64,000 nucleotides of DNA, from positions 1,481 through 65,480 of the forward strand of contig CAVOZW010000017.1 of the NCBI GenBank assembly GCA_963701385.1, in the 5' to 3' direction. This stretch comes from an uncultured delta proteobacterium. Its GTDB lineage: Bacteria > Desulfobacterota > Desulfobacteria > Desulfobacterales > B30-G6. Both the position numbers and the translations under genes were made by a program. Below, piece by piece: positions 53,184-63,367 of the stretch (position 1 is the stretch's first letter; the number at the start of each line of letters is the position of its first letter). The notes under the pieces are model-generated. The model worked only from the letters and a program-made list of their open reading frames with translations. It did no database searches and was not told where the DNA came from.

Positions 53184-54656
53184 TTACACTGCATGCATAC
53201 AATTAATCAATTCTCTGACTGTAACGGTCGCTAGACCGGAATTGATATCGGACATGGCGTAGGGAATGACCAACTCGTTGTTATGAATTATCGCACCACA
53301 GGAATAAACAACGTTGGGAACATATCCCTCGCGCTCTTTCTCACACGGGGCAAGCAACGGCTCCTCTAAACGAGCGATAATTTTTGTTGGATTTTCAAGA
53401 TCAAGCAGTATGGCGCCGATGCAATATTGACGCATCGGCCCGACGCCATGAGTGAGCACAATCCATCCATCATCAGTTTCGAGGGGTGAACCACAGTTGC
53501 CGATCTGGATAAATTCCCATGGAGATTCAGGTTCCTGGATGATTTTAGATTCTTGCCAGAAATGGATATTGTCTGAGAACATTATATGATTATTTTCACC
53601 GTCCTGACGCGAAAGCATAGCATATTGATCGCCAACTTTTCGTGGAAAAAGGGCCATACCCTTGTTTTGTGCGGCTTTACCGTTGAGCGTTAAAATGTTG
53701 AACTTGATGAAATCCTTTGTTTCAATCAACTGCGGTAAAATCTTGCCGTTATAAGCGGTATAGGTCGCATAATAAGTAACCTCTTGACTGTTATCAAAAA
53801 ATTGAACGAACCGGGCATCTTCAATGCCTCTGCTTTCGTTTTTCGAAACGGGAAAGATCACCCGTTCGGATATGCGATGATCGGTGTGGAAACTCACCTC
53901 ATAATTTGAATCTGCAAGCCAGCACATGACCTCGAAGGTTCTGTTTTGGTCCACTTCAGAAAACAGCGGCTTTACGCGAAGTATACCAATTTTTTCTAAT
54001 AACTCATTATAAGTAAAATCTTCCGACAACTGCTTAAGAATATGTGCGGTTATCTCATTACCAGCCCCCATCTCATTCAGCTTGAGCTGGAAAGGATTGC
54101 GCTTGTAAACCGGATCTAATTGCAGATCCGGCGTTTCCACAAAATCACTGATCGGGTCGAAAAGGAACGTATTGTGCCGATCAAGAACGCCGCTGCGAAA
54201 GACAATTGACGAAACATGGCCTTCACCCGTTGCCCGCAGGCTCATGATAAAGCGCAAGCTGCCTTTTTTCAGATTACTCTGATCAGGATGGGGAACAATG
54301 GAAGGGTTAAAAAGGGCGGCCGATTCAATAGAGAATTCCTTTGTAAAGTAAGCTCCGATGAGGGCCCTTTTAACATCGCTAAGCATTGTATCCCGTGGCA
54401 GATACTCCTTCACAACATTAAAGTGTCGCTCAAAAATGTGTTCGATATCTTCGTGCCGTCCGGAAAAATCTACCATTACTTGCGCAATTAATTTTTCGGC
54501 TGCCGTGTTTGACAAGTTCATTACCCGCTGAATTATTTTAGGGATACGATACCTCTCATCGGGAAGGTGAAGCCGGGTGATCACCCGTGATGTGTCCCCA
54601 ACGATCTTAGTTGCTTTTCTTTTAACTTTGAGCTTTTGACGCTTTTTAGAGGGCAT
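53184..54656 (-). CDS. GH130-like glycosidase/phosphorylase with an N-terminal extension
   Basis: 490 aa. DDGWIVLTHGVGPMRQYCIGAILLDLENPTKIIARLEEPLLAP...EGYVPNVVYSCGAII...VIPYAMSD. Confidence 0.7.
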   Translation of the reverse strand: MPSKKRQKLKVKRKATKIVGDTSRVITRLHLPDERYRIPKIIQRVMNLSNTAAEKLIAQVMVDFSGRHEDIEHIFERHFNVVKEYLPRDTMLSDVKRALIGAYFTKEFSIESAALFNPSIVPHPDQSNLKKGSLRFIMSLRATGEGHVSSIVFRSGVLDRHNTFLFDPISDFVETPDLQLDPVYKRNPFQLKLNEMGAGNEITAHILKQLSEDFTYNELLEKIGILRVKPLFSEVDQNRTFEVMCWLADSNYEVSFHTDHRISERVIFPVSKNESRGIEDARFVQFFDNSQEVTYYATYTAYNGKILPQLIETKDFIKFNILTLNGKAAQNKGMALFPRKVGDQYAMLSRQDGENNHIMFSDNIHFWQESKIIQEPESPWEFIQIGNCGSPLETDDGWIVLTHGVGPMRQYCIGAILLDLENPTKIIARLEEPLLAPCEKEREGYVPNVVYSCGAIIHNNELVIPYAMSDINSGLATVTVRELINCMHAV

Positions 54657-54786
54657 ATCGTTGTTTCCTTCGTGTCGATTGATATTTGATACACTTCATC
54701 ATAAGTCTGTTAATCATGATCGATCTTCAGTTTCAGCCTATTCTCCAAGTTGATTTTCCGGTCTGCGATAATTCGACAATGACCAT

Positions 54787-55728
54787 CTACAGCGGAGGCC
54801 GGGAAGCCGAGAGGCAGAGCGCTACCAATTCATCAATGACGGCGATACCGACGCACATAACCGTATCCGCGCCGCCCCAGTATATTTTTACCGTACCGTC
54901 GTCCTCCGGAACAGCGCCGCAGGTAAAAACAACATTGGGCACATAACCATTTACTTCCCAAGGATCCTCAGGCTGCAATATCCATTGATCGGAAACGCCG
55001 ATGATTTTCGCCGGGTCCTTATGGTCGTGCAGGGCCGCACCGAGTCGATACACCGTTCCGGACATGGTTTTGAAAACGCCATGGTAAATATGAAGCCAAC
55101 CTTTGTCGGTTTTGAAGGGCGGTGCGCCGGGACCGATTTTCATTTCATCCCAGTGATAGGCCACCGGCTTCATAATCACTCGGGAATCGCCCCAGTGCAC
55201 CAGGTCTGGAGAATAGGAAATCCAGATCGACCAGGGCGAAATCTCGGAATGTGGCCGGTCCAAACGCACATACCGATCGCCGAACTTTTCAGGGAAAATG
55301 ACCACGTTGCGGAGGTCGGCCTGGGTGATCAGCGCTATGCGCTCCACTTTTTCAAAATCCCGGGTACGCGCCAAGGCAATCCGCACACCGTGGCGCGAAT
55401 AGGCGCTATAGGTCAACAGGTACTCTCCCTCTAAAGGGCAAATTCTGAGGTCCTCGACCCCAAACGCCTCATATTCGGCAAAAACAGTGTCCGTTGAAGG
55501 GATAAGAAAGGGTTCGGGATGAACCGTAAACGAAAAACCATCCTCGCTGTCGGCCCTGCCGATGATGGAACGTCCGTTTAGCAGATGCGACCTGAACAAC
55601 ATAATGTAACGATCGTTGTGTTTGACGATGCCTGCATTGTGAACGGTCGCCACAGGGTACGGCACATCCTTTCTTGTCAGTATAGGATTTTTTTTAAAAC
55701 GCCTTATGATTGGATGATACGTTTTCAT
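54787..55728 (-). CDS. GH130-family glycosidase/mannoside phosphorylase-like protein
   Basis: 313 aa. DKGWLHIYHGV...YRLGAALHDHKDPAKIIGVSDQWILQPEDPWEVNGYVPNVVFTCGAV...VKIYWGGADTVMCVG. Confidence 0.75.
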   Translation of the reverse strand: MKTYHPIIRRFKKNPILTRKDVPYPVATVHNAGIVKHNDRYIMLFRSHLLNGRSIIGRADSEDGFSFTVHPEPFLIPSTDTVFAEYEAFGVEDLRICPLEGEYLLTYSAYSRHGVRIALARTRDFEKVERIALITQADLRNVVIFPEKFGDRYVRLDRPHSEISPWSIWISYSPDLVHWGDSRVIMKPVAYHWDEMKIGPGAPPFKTDKGWLHIYHGVFKTMSGTVYRLGAALHDHKDPAKIIGVSDQWILQPEDPWEVNGYVPNVVFTCGAVPEDDGTVKIYWGGADTVMCVGIAVIDELVALCLSASRPPL

Positions 55729-56744
55729 AGTGGTCTGGCCTGTAAAATCATTTCATAGACTTGTATGTATTCATCGACCATGCGGTCGATAGTAAAATGT
55801 CGTTCAACATGGCGACGACAGCATGCACGGTCAATCTCATTTATACGCGCAACAGTCTCAACGGCCTCGTCCACGTTGTTGACCAGGAAACCACTTTTGC
55901 CGTTTTCGATAACTTCAGGCATGCTGCCCCTATCAAAAGCGATCACGGGCGTACCGCAGGCCATGGATTCGATAACGGACAGACCGAAAGGCTCATCAAA
56001 CTGTATTGGGTGCAATAGCGCACAGGCTTTGCCGAGAAGTCGGTTGCGCTCAACCGGTCCGGCACTGCCGGTATAAATCACCTTGTCGTTGATTATGTGA
56101 GGGGCGACATATTGGTCATAGTAAGCCTGGTCCTGGATAATACCCGCCAATATCAGTTTTTTATTGCATGCCCTGGCGATTTCAATGGCTTGTCGAGCGC
56201 CCTTGTCATTGTGAATGCGTCCGAAAAAAAGTAGATAGTCATCCGGGGCAGGCTGAAAATCAAACTGTCTGATATCAATGCCGTGATGGATGGTTTTGAC
56301 ATAATCAAGATCCGGCGATCGGTCGGCATCGCTGATGGAAACATAGAATACTTTTTGGTTGTATTTTTTATAAACGGGTAGAATCCCGGGTGATGAAAAA
56401 CCGTGAATAGTGGTCACCACCGGGGTGTTGGTCAGGCCGGTATAGGTCAGTGGCAGAAAATCAAAATTGTTATGTATAATATCAAAATCTTCAGCATGCT
56501 CAAAGAGTTCTGAAATGTGCAGGCACTCCCATACTTTTGGTATCAGTGAGCGATCTTCTTCATAGCCCTGTGGGCAAATCGCATGCAGTGTGCCGCTGGT
56601 CTTGGAATCCGCGGTTGCAAATAAGGTAACATCATAACCGTGGGCTACCAGCCCTTCGGTTAGAAGGGAGGTCACGCTCTCCCAAGGGCCATAATGCCGC
56701 GGCGGTGTGCGCCAGGCAATGGGTGAGAGCATGGCAATGTGCAT
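55725..56744 (-). CDS. GT4-family glycosyltransferase
   Basis: 339 aa. EPFGLSVIESMACGTPVIAFDRGSMPEVIENGKSGFLV (E-x7-E region). 4-nt overlap with the downstream GH130 gene. Confidence 0.8.
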   Translation of the reverse strand: MHIAMLSPIAWRTPPRHYGPWESVTSLLTEGLVAHGYDVTLFATADSKTSGTLHAICPQGYEEDRSLIPKVWECLHISELFEHAEDFDIIHNNFDFLPLTYTGLTNTPVVTTIHGFSSPGILPVYKKYNQKVFYVSISDADRSPDLDYVKTIHHGIDIRQFDFQPAPDDYLLFFGRIHNDKGARQAIEIARACNKKLILAGIIQDQAYYDQYVAPHIINDKVIYTGSAGPVERNRLLGKACALLHPIQFDEPFGLSVIESMACGTPVIAFDRGSMPEVIENGKSGFLVNNVDEAVETVARINEIDRACCRRHVERHFTIDRMVDEYIQVYEMILQARPL

Positions 56745-56758
56745 GATGGGTCCTTTTG

Positions 56759-59083
56759 TTAATCGGTTTTCTGTGACGACGGCTGGTTTAAAATCTCGTC
56801 TGCATATAGCTTCTGCAATGTCATCAGCGATAGCAACCAGGCAAGGGACGATTCGGCACCTTGATTCTGATTGATGCCGTCCGCCATCAACCCATCTCTA
56901 CAGCCGCCGGTCTTGGGATCATAGAGCGGCATATTCAGATCGTTGTGGCCGAGATACCAGTTAAAACACATGACCGCATTATCAATCCATATTTTGTCTC
57001 GGGTAACATTAAAGGCTTCAATACAGGCTTCGATCATGGAATTCGCCTCGATGGGCTGCTGATCGAAGCGGGCCTTGAGGCCGCCTTGTTTATACCATCC
57101 CATATTGCCGACCGGTACAAAGTGGTTGTCTTCGGTCTGGATGGTGAGCAGCCACTTGAGGGATCTGAGTCCCATATCGATCATATCCCTACGTTGTATC
57201 CATTGGCCGGATAGGAGTAGGGCATGAGGCAGTTTACCGTTAGCATAGTTTAGAGCGCCCTCAAGCCAAGGCCAATCTTCCGTTGCATTGTTCATAAACT
57301 GATTGAAAAGCCTGTCGGCAAGAACTTCCCGAATCCTGCGCACATCACTATCGCCGGAAAATTTATGCAGATAGGCATGTATGCCCACCAGACAAAAAGC
57401 TATGGCACGCGGCGACTGAAATTTCTCGACAGCTCTCAATGCTTTGTTGAAAAGGGTTGTACTCATTGCAAGATACCCGGGATCATCAAGAAAAGCCACT
57501 GCTTTACCAAGGCACCATAGCGCTCTGCCATGTGAATCTTCGGACCCGATCTCCTCCATCCACTGCCGTGAATAGGTCATGAAATTGCGAAAACGCCCTT
57601 TTTTTTCATTATAGGCATACAGAAGGAATCCGAGATAATGACCGCTGAGAAAATCAAGTCCCAAGCCGTTTGTTGGCAGGTATTTTTCGCCCATGGCAGC
57701 TACCAGCAGCGCCCTGGCATTATCATCGGTACAGTAGCCGTGGGTGCGATCGGGGATAGTATAATTGGCATGTTGCAAGATGCCGGTATCATCGGTAAAG
57801 GCTTTTAGGTGATCGAGCTTGATCTCCGGGAGCTCGAAATTCGTGATGGCCTTGATGTTTTCAACATAGGAATGCCGGGGCCGGGGGTTCCGGATGCGGT
57901 TTTGCCGCACTTCACTGAAAACCTGCAGGTATTTTCGGGATACTTCCTTCCAGACCGCCTCACGGCTGAATGTATAGGCTTTTTTACGCATGGCGTGCCG
58001 TTCGACATCGTTGTCCAGAAGTCCGATAATTTGTTCCGCCATGGCATCTGAATTGCCGAAAGGTACAAGACGGCCCCGGCCTTCGGCAAGCATCTCGGTG
58101 GCATACCAATACGGGGTTGAAATGACTGCCTTGCCTGTGCCCATGGCATAGGCAAGGGTACCGGAGGTAATCTGGGCTTCTTCAAGATAAGGGGTTACGT
58201 AAATATCGGCTATGCCGAGAAACTCACATAACTCTTTCAGTTCAACAAAACGATTTTGAAAAATGACATGCTTACCGATATCAAGTTTGCGTACGAGCTG
58301 CTGCAGCATGATACGGTATGCCTCCCCGTGTAATTTTAGAATATTCGGGTGTGTTGCGCCCAGGATAATATAGACCACATCGGGGTGTTTTTTGATGACC
58401 GCCGGAAGCGCCTGCAATACATTTTCAATACCTTTGTTTGGGGAAAGCAAGCCGAACGTTAGCAGTGCCTTTTTGCCTTCCACGCCAAACTTGTCTTTGT
58501 AAAAGCTTGAATCAATAAAAGGCGTATCCGGAATCCCGTGATGGATAAAGACAATTTTCTCCTCGGCCACGGCATATATATCTTTGAGGAAGTCAACGGC
58601 CTTACGGCTCATTACCACCAGTTTATCGGACAGATCGGATAGCTTGCCCATCACGGCACGATATTCCGGTGCGGGGTCCTTCAAAACCGTGTGTAACGTG
58701 GTCACTACCGGCATGCGCAAATCACCCAATAGCCTCAGCAAATGGCTGCCGGCCGGACCGCCGAAAAGACCGTACTCATGCTGCACGCAGACAATATCTG
58801 TTTGACTGATATTGAGAAATTGAGCAGCGACACCATAATCATTCAAATTGTTCTGGTTGATCTCGAAGCGCACTTTTTCCGGATATGCATACCCCTCAGG
58901 TTTATCATTCATGGCAGCCGCCCAGCAGTAAATATCGGGGGCTTCCGCTGATAAGCTCTCAACCAGATCTGTGGTGAAGGTTGCGATACCGCACTGGCGG
59001 GGCAGATAGTTACCGAGCACGGCAACCGAGTCAATTCCCTCATAATATTTAATGACAGATGTCATATCCGCTACCTTATTCAT
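56759..59083 (-). CDS. GT4 glycosyltransferase fused to a C-terminal alpha/alpha-toroid (glycoside hydrolase-like) domain
   Basis: 774 aa. N-terminal GT-B features (IATFTTDL, VVTTLHTV, TPYLEEAQITSGTLAYAMGTGKAVISTPYWYATEML). The ~370-aa C-terminal domain is rich in W/Y helical repeats. Confidence 0.65.
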   Translation of the reverse strand: MNKVADMTSVIKYYEGIDSVAVLGNYLPRQCGIATFTTDLVESLSAEAPDIYCWAAAMNDKPEGYAYPEKVRFEINQNNLNDYGVAAQFLNISQTDIVCVQHEYGLFGGPAGSHLLRLLGDLRMPVVTTLHTVLKDPAPEYRAVMGKLSDLSDKLVVMSRKAVDFLKDIYAVAEEKIVFIHHGIPDTPFIDSSFYKDKFGVEGKKALLTFGLLSPNKGIENVLQALPAVIKKHPDVVYIILGATHPNILKLHGEAYRIMLQQLVRKLDIGKHVIFQNRFVELKELCEFLGIADIYVTPYLEEAQITSGTLAYAMGTGKAVISTPYWYATEMLAEGRGRLVPFGNSDAMAEQIIGLLDNDVERHAMRKKAYTFSREAVWKEVSRKYLQVFSEVRQNRIRNPRPRHSYVENIKAITNFELPEIKLDHLKAFTDDTGILQHANYTIPDRTHGYCTDDNARALLVAAMGEKYLPTNGLGLDFLSGHYLGFLLYAYNEKKGRFRNFMTYSRQWMEEIGSEDSHGRALWCLGKAVAFLDDPGYLAMSTTLFNKALRAVEKFQSPRAIAFCLVGIHAYLHKFSGDSDVRRIREVLADRLFNQFMNNATEDWPWLEGALNYANGKLPHALLLSGQWIQRRDMIDMGLRSLKWLLTIQTEDNHFVPVGNMGWYKQGGLKARFDQQPIEANSMIEACIEAFNVTRDKIWIDNAVMCFNWYLGHNDLNMPLYDPKTGGCRDGLMADGINQNQGAESSLAWLLSLMTLQKLYADEILNQPSSQKTD

Positions 59084-59256
59084 TTTTGGTTTATGTGATC
59101 ATACAGGGTGTAACGGAAACGATCAATAAAGATTTTTTTAACGTTTTAAAGATGTTTCTGACACCGCCCTATAGATTACGAGGGAAAATAATTCATTGAC
59201 AAATATCATTTTTATGATATTTTATTATCATAAAAAACAGAGTGGAGGAATTTGAT

Positions 59257-59520
59257 ATGCCAATTATAAAACCGATTTCAGATCTTAGAAACAGAACAAA
59301 TCAAATCTCGGAGCTTTGCCACCGCCAAAATCAACCCGTATATATCACAAAAAAAGGTAAAGGGGATTTGGTGGTAATGAGTCAGGCCCATTATGAGGGT
59401 ATTCTTGGTTTGCTTGAACTCTATCAAAAGCTCGGGGATGCCGAAGCGTTGGATGCTGCAGGTGAAAAGGGAATTACACACCGTGAAATGATGCGACGCT
59501 TGAGAGATAGCATTTCATGA
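59257..59520 (+). CDS. Phd/YefM-type antitoxin
   Basis: MPIIKPISDLRNRTNQISELCHRQNQPVYITKKGKGDLVVMSQAHYEGI. ATG at 59257 with GGAGGAA upstream. 4-nt overlap with the toxin gene. Confidence 0.75.
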   Translation: MPIIKPISDLRNRTNQISELCHRQNQPVYITKKGKGDLVVMSQAHYEGILGLLELYQKLGDAEALDAAGEKGITHREMMRRLRDSIS

Positions 59521-59822
59521 GCAAACAGTACCAAATTCGGTACTTACGCACGGCAGAAACAGATCTGATCGGTATTTTTGAATATATTCAGAAAGATAAC
59601 CCTTCAACTGCCATCAACCAACTCGAAAGATTTGATAAGTCCATTTCTCAATTATCAAAAAATCCGTATCTGGGTGCAATACCTAAAGACGATAGGCTAA
59701 AAAGATTCGGGTATCGGATACTCATCATCGACAAATATCTTGTTTTTTACGTCGTGAAAACAAATACGGTTCAAATTAGACGCGTAATTCATGGCGCTCG
59801 ACAATATAGCTTTCTCCTCTAA
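59517..59822 (+). CDS. parE: ParE/RelE-family toxin
   Basis: 101 aa. YQIRYLRTAETDLIGIFEYIQKDNPSTAINQLERFDKSISQLSKNPYLGAIPKD...YRILIIDKYLVFYVV...VQIRRVIHGARQY. Confidence 0.75.
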   Translation: MSKQYQIRYLRTAETDLIGIFEYIQKDNPSTAINQLERFDKSISQLSKNPYLGAIPKDDRLKRFGYRILIIDKYLVFYVVKTNTVQIRRVIHGARQYSFLL

Positions 59823-59887
59823 CTTATCAGAGAAGCGCCATGGTAGATCATAATCGATGTTGGGTCACCGATCACTATCACGGGAAG

Positions 59888-60235
59888 CTAATCTTTGAGT
59901 ATCCAGAGCGTCTTGAGAAATCCGGAAACAAAAAAGTCATTCATTGCGATTAAAAGGGCATCCGCGCCAGGCCGGACAGGGAGGTGAATATTGGCAATGG
60001 CTTGTTCCCAAGAAATGGGTTCGAATTTATCCTCCACTCGCTTTAAAGGCTCGGTGATGCGATCCTTGGGATACTGGTGATAAATTACGTTCAGGCCCTT
60101 GCGGCAGGCATAGCCCTGGCTTCTAGGGTTTGATTTGTCCGGTTTCACTTTAACCATGCGGTCGTCTTCCACCAGAATTTCAAGACCACAGTTTTGTGCG
60201 CATAGGACACATCCTGTTTTATGCCATTTCCCCAT
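59888..60235 (-). pseudogene. Truncated molybdopterin (bis-MGD) oxidoreductase, N-terminal 4Fe-4S domain only
   Basis: MGKWHKTGCVLCAQNCGLEILVEDDRMVKVKPDKSNPRSQGYACRKGL...EPISWEQAI is the CxxCxxxC...C Mo/W bis-MGD 4Fe-4S motif. It jumps to VRPGADALLIAMN and stops at ~115 aa, whereas such enzymes normally exceed 600 aa. It abuts the TA pair. Confidence 0.6.
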
Positions 60236-60396
60236 TTTTTGACTCCTTATACATCCTGTGAAGGGAAACGCCGTGAATTCCATTTCTGTCGAAAGAACCT
60301 CAAACAGCTTTTTATTGAAGAACCTCGCAGCAAGCTACGAGGTTCTTCAATACACTCCGATATAATTTAAACGCTCCCAATTCCAAGGTCAGTTTT

Positions 60397-60756
60397 TTAG
60401 GAGAAACGAGGCGAGGTTTGAGTCGAATGGGCAGCTTTCAGTGACCCAGCCGTGAATTGTTGAACAACTTGCGAGACCGATCCTGTTGCACCGGTTACGA
60501 CAATTATTCCGGCTTTTTTTAAAACCTGCAGGGCGTTCGGGCCGCAGCTGCCGGTCAATACGACCGAGGCCCCCTTTGTAGCGATGAGTTGTGCCGATTG
60601 AATCCCAGCACCACCGGCATGTTCAGTGTTTGCATTGGCTAGCACCTCAAATTCCAGGGTGGCCGGGCTGACAATCAGAAAATAGGGGCATCTTCCAAAG
60701 TGCGGCTCCACGGCATCGTCCAGAGTCTGTCCGGTCGATGAAACTGCGATTTTCAT
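60397..60756 (-). CDS. NifB/NifX-family (dinitrogenase FeMo-cofactor-binding domain) protein
   Basis: 119 aa. MKIAVSSTG...VEPHFGRCPYFLIV...GGAGIQSAQLIATKGASVVLTGSCGPNALQVLKKAGIIVV. Confidence 0.75.
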   Translation of the reverse strand: MKIAVSSTGQTLDDAVEPHFGRCPYFLIVSPATLEFEVLANANTEHAGGAGIQSAQLIATKGASVVLTGSCGPNALQVLKKAGIIVVTGATGSVSQVVQQFTAGSLKAAHSTQTSPRFS

Positions 60757-60850
60757 ATTTTCCCTCCTTTTGTATTCTGTGGTTTGTCAAAGATTCTCTT
60801 CATTCCCTAAGAAATGATGCAGTTCATTATAAAACCCACTCCGTCTGACG

Positions 60851-61354
60851 CTACTCCACAACCCAGACCGTGCATTTTCGCGCATGGTTGACAATCTTAC
60901 TTGAGATACTGCCAAAAAGAAACTCCTCACTCCGTGAAAGGCCCTGTCTTCCGACCACGATGGTGCTGTATCCGGTTTCATCATGCTCCAAGAGGATACA
61001 CTTGGCCATTGAAGGACAATAGCGGACAGTTGAACGTATTGATACATTTTCCGGGGCAAATCCATTCTTGATTAAAAGTTGTCGATAATCTTTCAGCATA
61101 ACATCGATTTTTTTCTCGTATTGAGTGAACCATTTTTCTTTCTCGGTAGATGTAGGAAAGTAATCTTCCTCTGGTTCAGGAATTACGTGCAGAATACGAA
61201 CCTTGAAGCCCACTAATCCTCCCAAAAGCTGTCCAACGTAGGAAACAGCCCGGCGTGCATTATTCGATTCATCCACGGCAATTAAAATATTTTTGTTAAA
61301 TACTTTTTCCTCATTTTCAACTTTTGTCCCGCTTTTGCCCATGTGTCGCTCCAT
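60851..61354 (-). CDS. Universal stress protein (UspA family)
   Basis: 167 aa. ILIAVDESNNARRAVSYV...STIVVGRQGLSRSEEFLFGSISSKIVNHARKCTVWVV. Confidence 0.78.
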   Translation of the reverse strand: MERHMGKSGTKVENEEKVFNKNILIAVDESNNARRAVSYVGQLLGGLVGFKVRILHVIPEPEEDYFPTSTEKEKWFTQYEKKIDVMLKDYRQLLIKNGFAPENVSIRSTVRYCPSMAKCILLEHDETGYSTIVVGRQGLSRSEEFLFGSISSKIVNHARKCTVWVVE

Positions 61355-61400
61355 ATTTTTTTTGGGTTAGTGAAAAAATTTCGCCGGAACACAATGACAG

Positions 61401-62384
61401 TCAACTACCCGACACTCGTTTAAATTCTTCGAGGTCGTGCAGTAATTGAGCTGTGTTTTCATAAAACCAGTTGGCTCCTTTTGAAAAATGCATTAACACC
61501 TGATTGAACGATTCTGGAATATAGGGATAGATTTTTTTTAAATTAGCTACCCGATTGTGGAATACAATGTTTAAATCTTCATCTCTCAGTACGTCGAGAT
61601 AGGGGCTACTCTTATTTTTCAAATCAAACAACAGCACATCCCCTTTACCAGCAAGAAACATTAGAATGTTTCCCAACCCAAAAAGATCATAGCCGTAAAT
61701 ATTTTCCCGATGCCTATAGTTAAAATCGAAATCAATCCAACGATACCGACCTTCTTCACGGTCGATAAATATATGATCCCGTCTGATGTCACCGTGTTTT
61801 TCGCCATTTTTGTGCAGGAAATCGATTGCTCGGATACACTCCATATAATGATCAAGAATCTTAGGAAACAGTTCCTTAAAATAATGATAGTGATCCAAAT
61901 TCAAACTTTCTATAAATTCAGAAAGCGGTCGACCATGGATTAGATCAATAACGCGCACAATGTTTCCTTTTTCATCGGCAACGGCAAATCCCTGCATGAA
62001 ATTTTTATGGCCGGAAACCAGGTCTAAAATTCGTGCCTCTTTTTTCGGGCTTCGAAAGCATTCGAATTCAATGCCACCTATATGTGCCTTAAAACTTTCA
62101 TAAAATACGAGTTTAATAATTTTATAAGCTCCATTTTGCAAATCGATGGCACGCTTGACCCAGAATTTAACGTCATCATCAATCCCGAACCGCCCTTCTT
62201 TGGCATTGTGGCGAACAAGATAGGGTCTGCCCATTAGAACAACTACATCCCCATATTCCACACGAAAGAAATCCGTGGTGTCCGTATGAATTTGGAAACG
62301 ATGAGACTCCCTGGAAGGCACAAGCCATCGAGAAGCCATTTGGCGTATGTTCTCTTGAGATATCACAGTTGCCATTTTGTCCAC
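61401..62384 (-). CDS. Protein kinase-like fold protein (atypical kinase)
   Basis: 327 aa. FLHKNGEKHGDIRRDHIFIDREEGRYRWIDFDF resembles the catalytic-loop and DFG-like region of atypical/RIO-like kinases. Confidence 0.5.
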   Translation of the reverse strand: MDKMATVISQENIRQMASRWLVPSRESHRFQIHTDTTDFFRVEYGDVVVLMGRPYLVRHNAKEGRFGIDDDVKFWVKRAIDLQNGAYKIIKLVFYESFKAHIGGIEFECFRSPKKEARILDLVSGHKNFMQGFAVADEKGNIVRVIDLIHGRPLSEFIESLNLDHYHYFKELFPKILDHYMECIRAIDFLHKNGEKHGDIRRDHIFIDREEGRYRWIDFDFNYRHRENIYGYDLFGLGNILMFLAGKGDVLLFDLKNKSSPYLDVLRDEDLNIVFHNRVANLKKIYPYIPESFNQVLMHFSKGANWFYENTAQLLHDLEEFKRVSGS

Positions 62385-62495
62385 ACCTCATCATCTCCCA
62401 AAGCAAAAATGTCGTATTCGCGTTGGATTGTTGCTTGTGACACTTTCCATAAACGCAGGGTGTCGTGCACCCACAAACCGTTTGATATTTAGGAC

Positions 62496-63311
62496 TTAAA
62501 ACCCAAATGTAAACCGTGAACTAGCCTTGTGAACGACCTGGCCGAAGTCCCTCATCCAGCGGTATTCTTCTTCTGACAAGGGGCCTTTTTCCCGGAGATC
62601 GCTTATATTCTCCTGCAGTTGCCGGCGGTTTTTAGGACCGGTTAGGACCAGATCGACATGGGGATTGGACAGACAGAAACGGTAGCAGTCGGATGCGCTC
62701 ATTACAGGGCCGCCCCAGCCCTTAGGTCGCTTGAGCAGGCCACGCCAACGTGTGGCTGTATAGGCGACGACAGCAGGTTGGCGTTTGGCAAGGTGGGGGA
62801 AAATGTCTATCTCGGCACCTGGATGAGCGGCATTGTAACGAATCATCAGCATGTCTAAGGGAGACGCTTGGGCAAGCATGCCTGCCCGCTTCCGGTCGTG
62901 AATGCTCACACCAATGGCCCGCACCAGGCCCGAGGCGCGAAGGGATACCAGCGCGTCAATCGTGGATGGTGTCCAGGCACTCGTACGGCCAAGCCAAAAA
63001 AGCTGAAAAATGTCGAGATATTCCGTGTCGAGCTGCTTGAGCAACCGTTCACAGGCGCGCCTGATAGCGCCTCCAAAATATCCGGTGGTTGGTCCGCACG
63101 CCAGAACAATGGATTCCCTGTCACGCTTTAAGGCTGCTTTGAGTGACTTGGTGACCCGTCGTGCGGTGGGTGTCCAAAAGACATAGTTTACACCCTGATC
63201 CAGGGCCCATGCCAGATCCTGGCCCTCAATACCGAAGTTGGTAGCTAAACCGAGCCGAAACACCCGACGCCCGAGGGCGGGAACATCCCGATACAAAAAG
63301 TCGTCACTCAT
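62496..63311 (-). CDS. Aldo/keto reductase family oxidoreductase
   Basis: 271 aa. LGLATNFG, YLDIFQLFW, IDALVSLRASGLVRAIGVSIHD, MIRYNAAHPGAE, which is an AKR-like layout. Confidence 0.6.
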   Translation of the reverse strand: MSDDFLYRDVPALGRRVFRLGLATNFGIEGQDLAWALDQGVNYVFWTPTARRVTKSLKAALKRDRESIVLACGPTTGYFGGAIRRACERLLKQLDTEYLDIFQLFWLGRTSAWTPSTIDALVSLRASGLVRAIGVSIHDRKRAGMLAQASPLDMLMIRYNAAHPGAEIDIFPHLAKRQPAVVAYTATRWRGLLKRPKGWGGPVMSASDCYRFCLSNPHVDLVLTGPKNRRQLQENISDLREKGPLSEEEYRWMRDFGQVVHKASSRFTFGF

Positions 63312-63367
63312 AGGTGCTTATCCTTTTTGTTCTGTGTATTGTCTTGATAAAAACCTTAAAGGACGTG

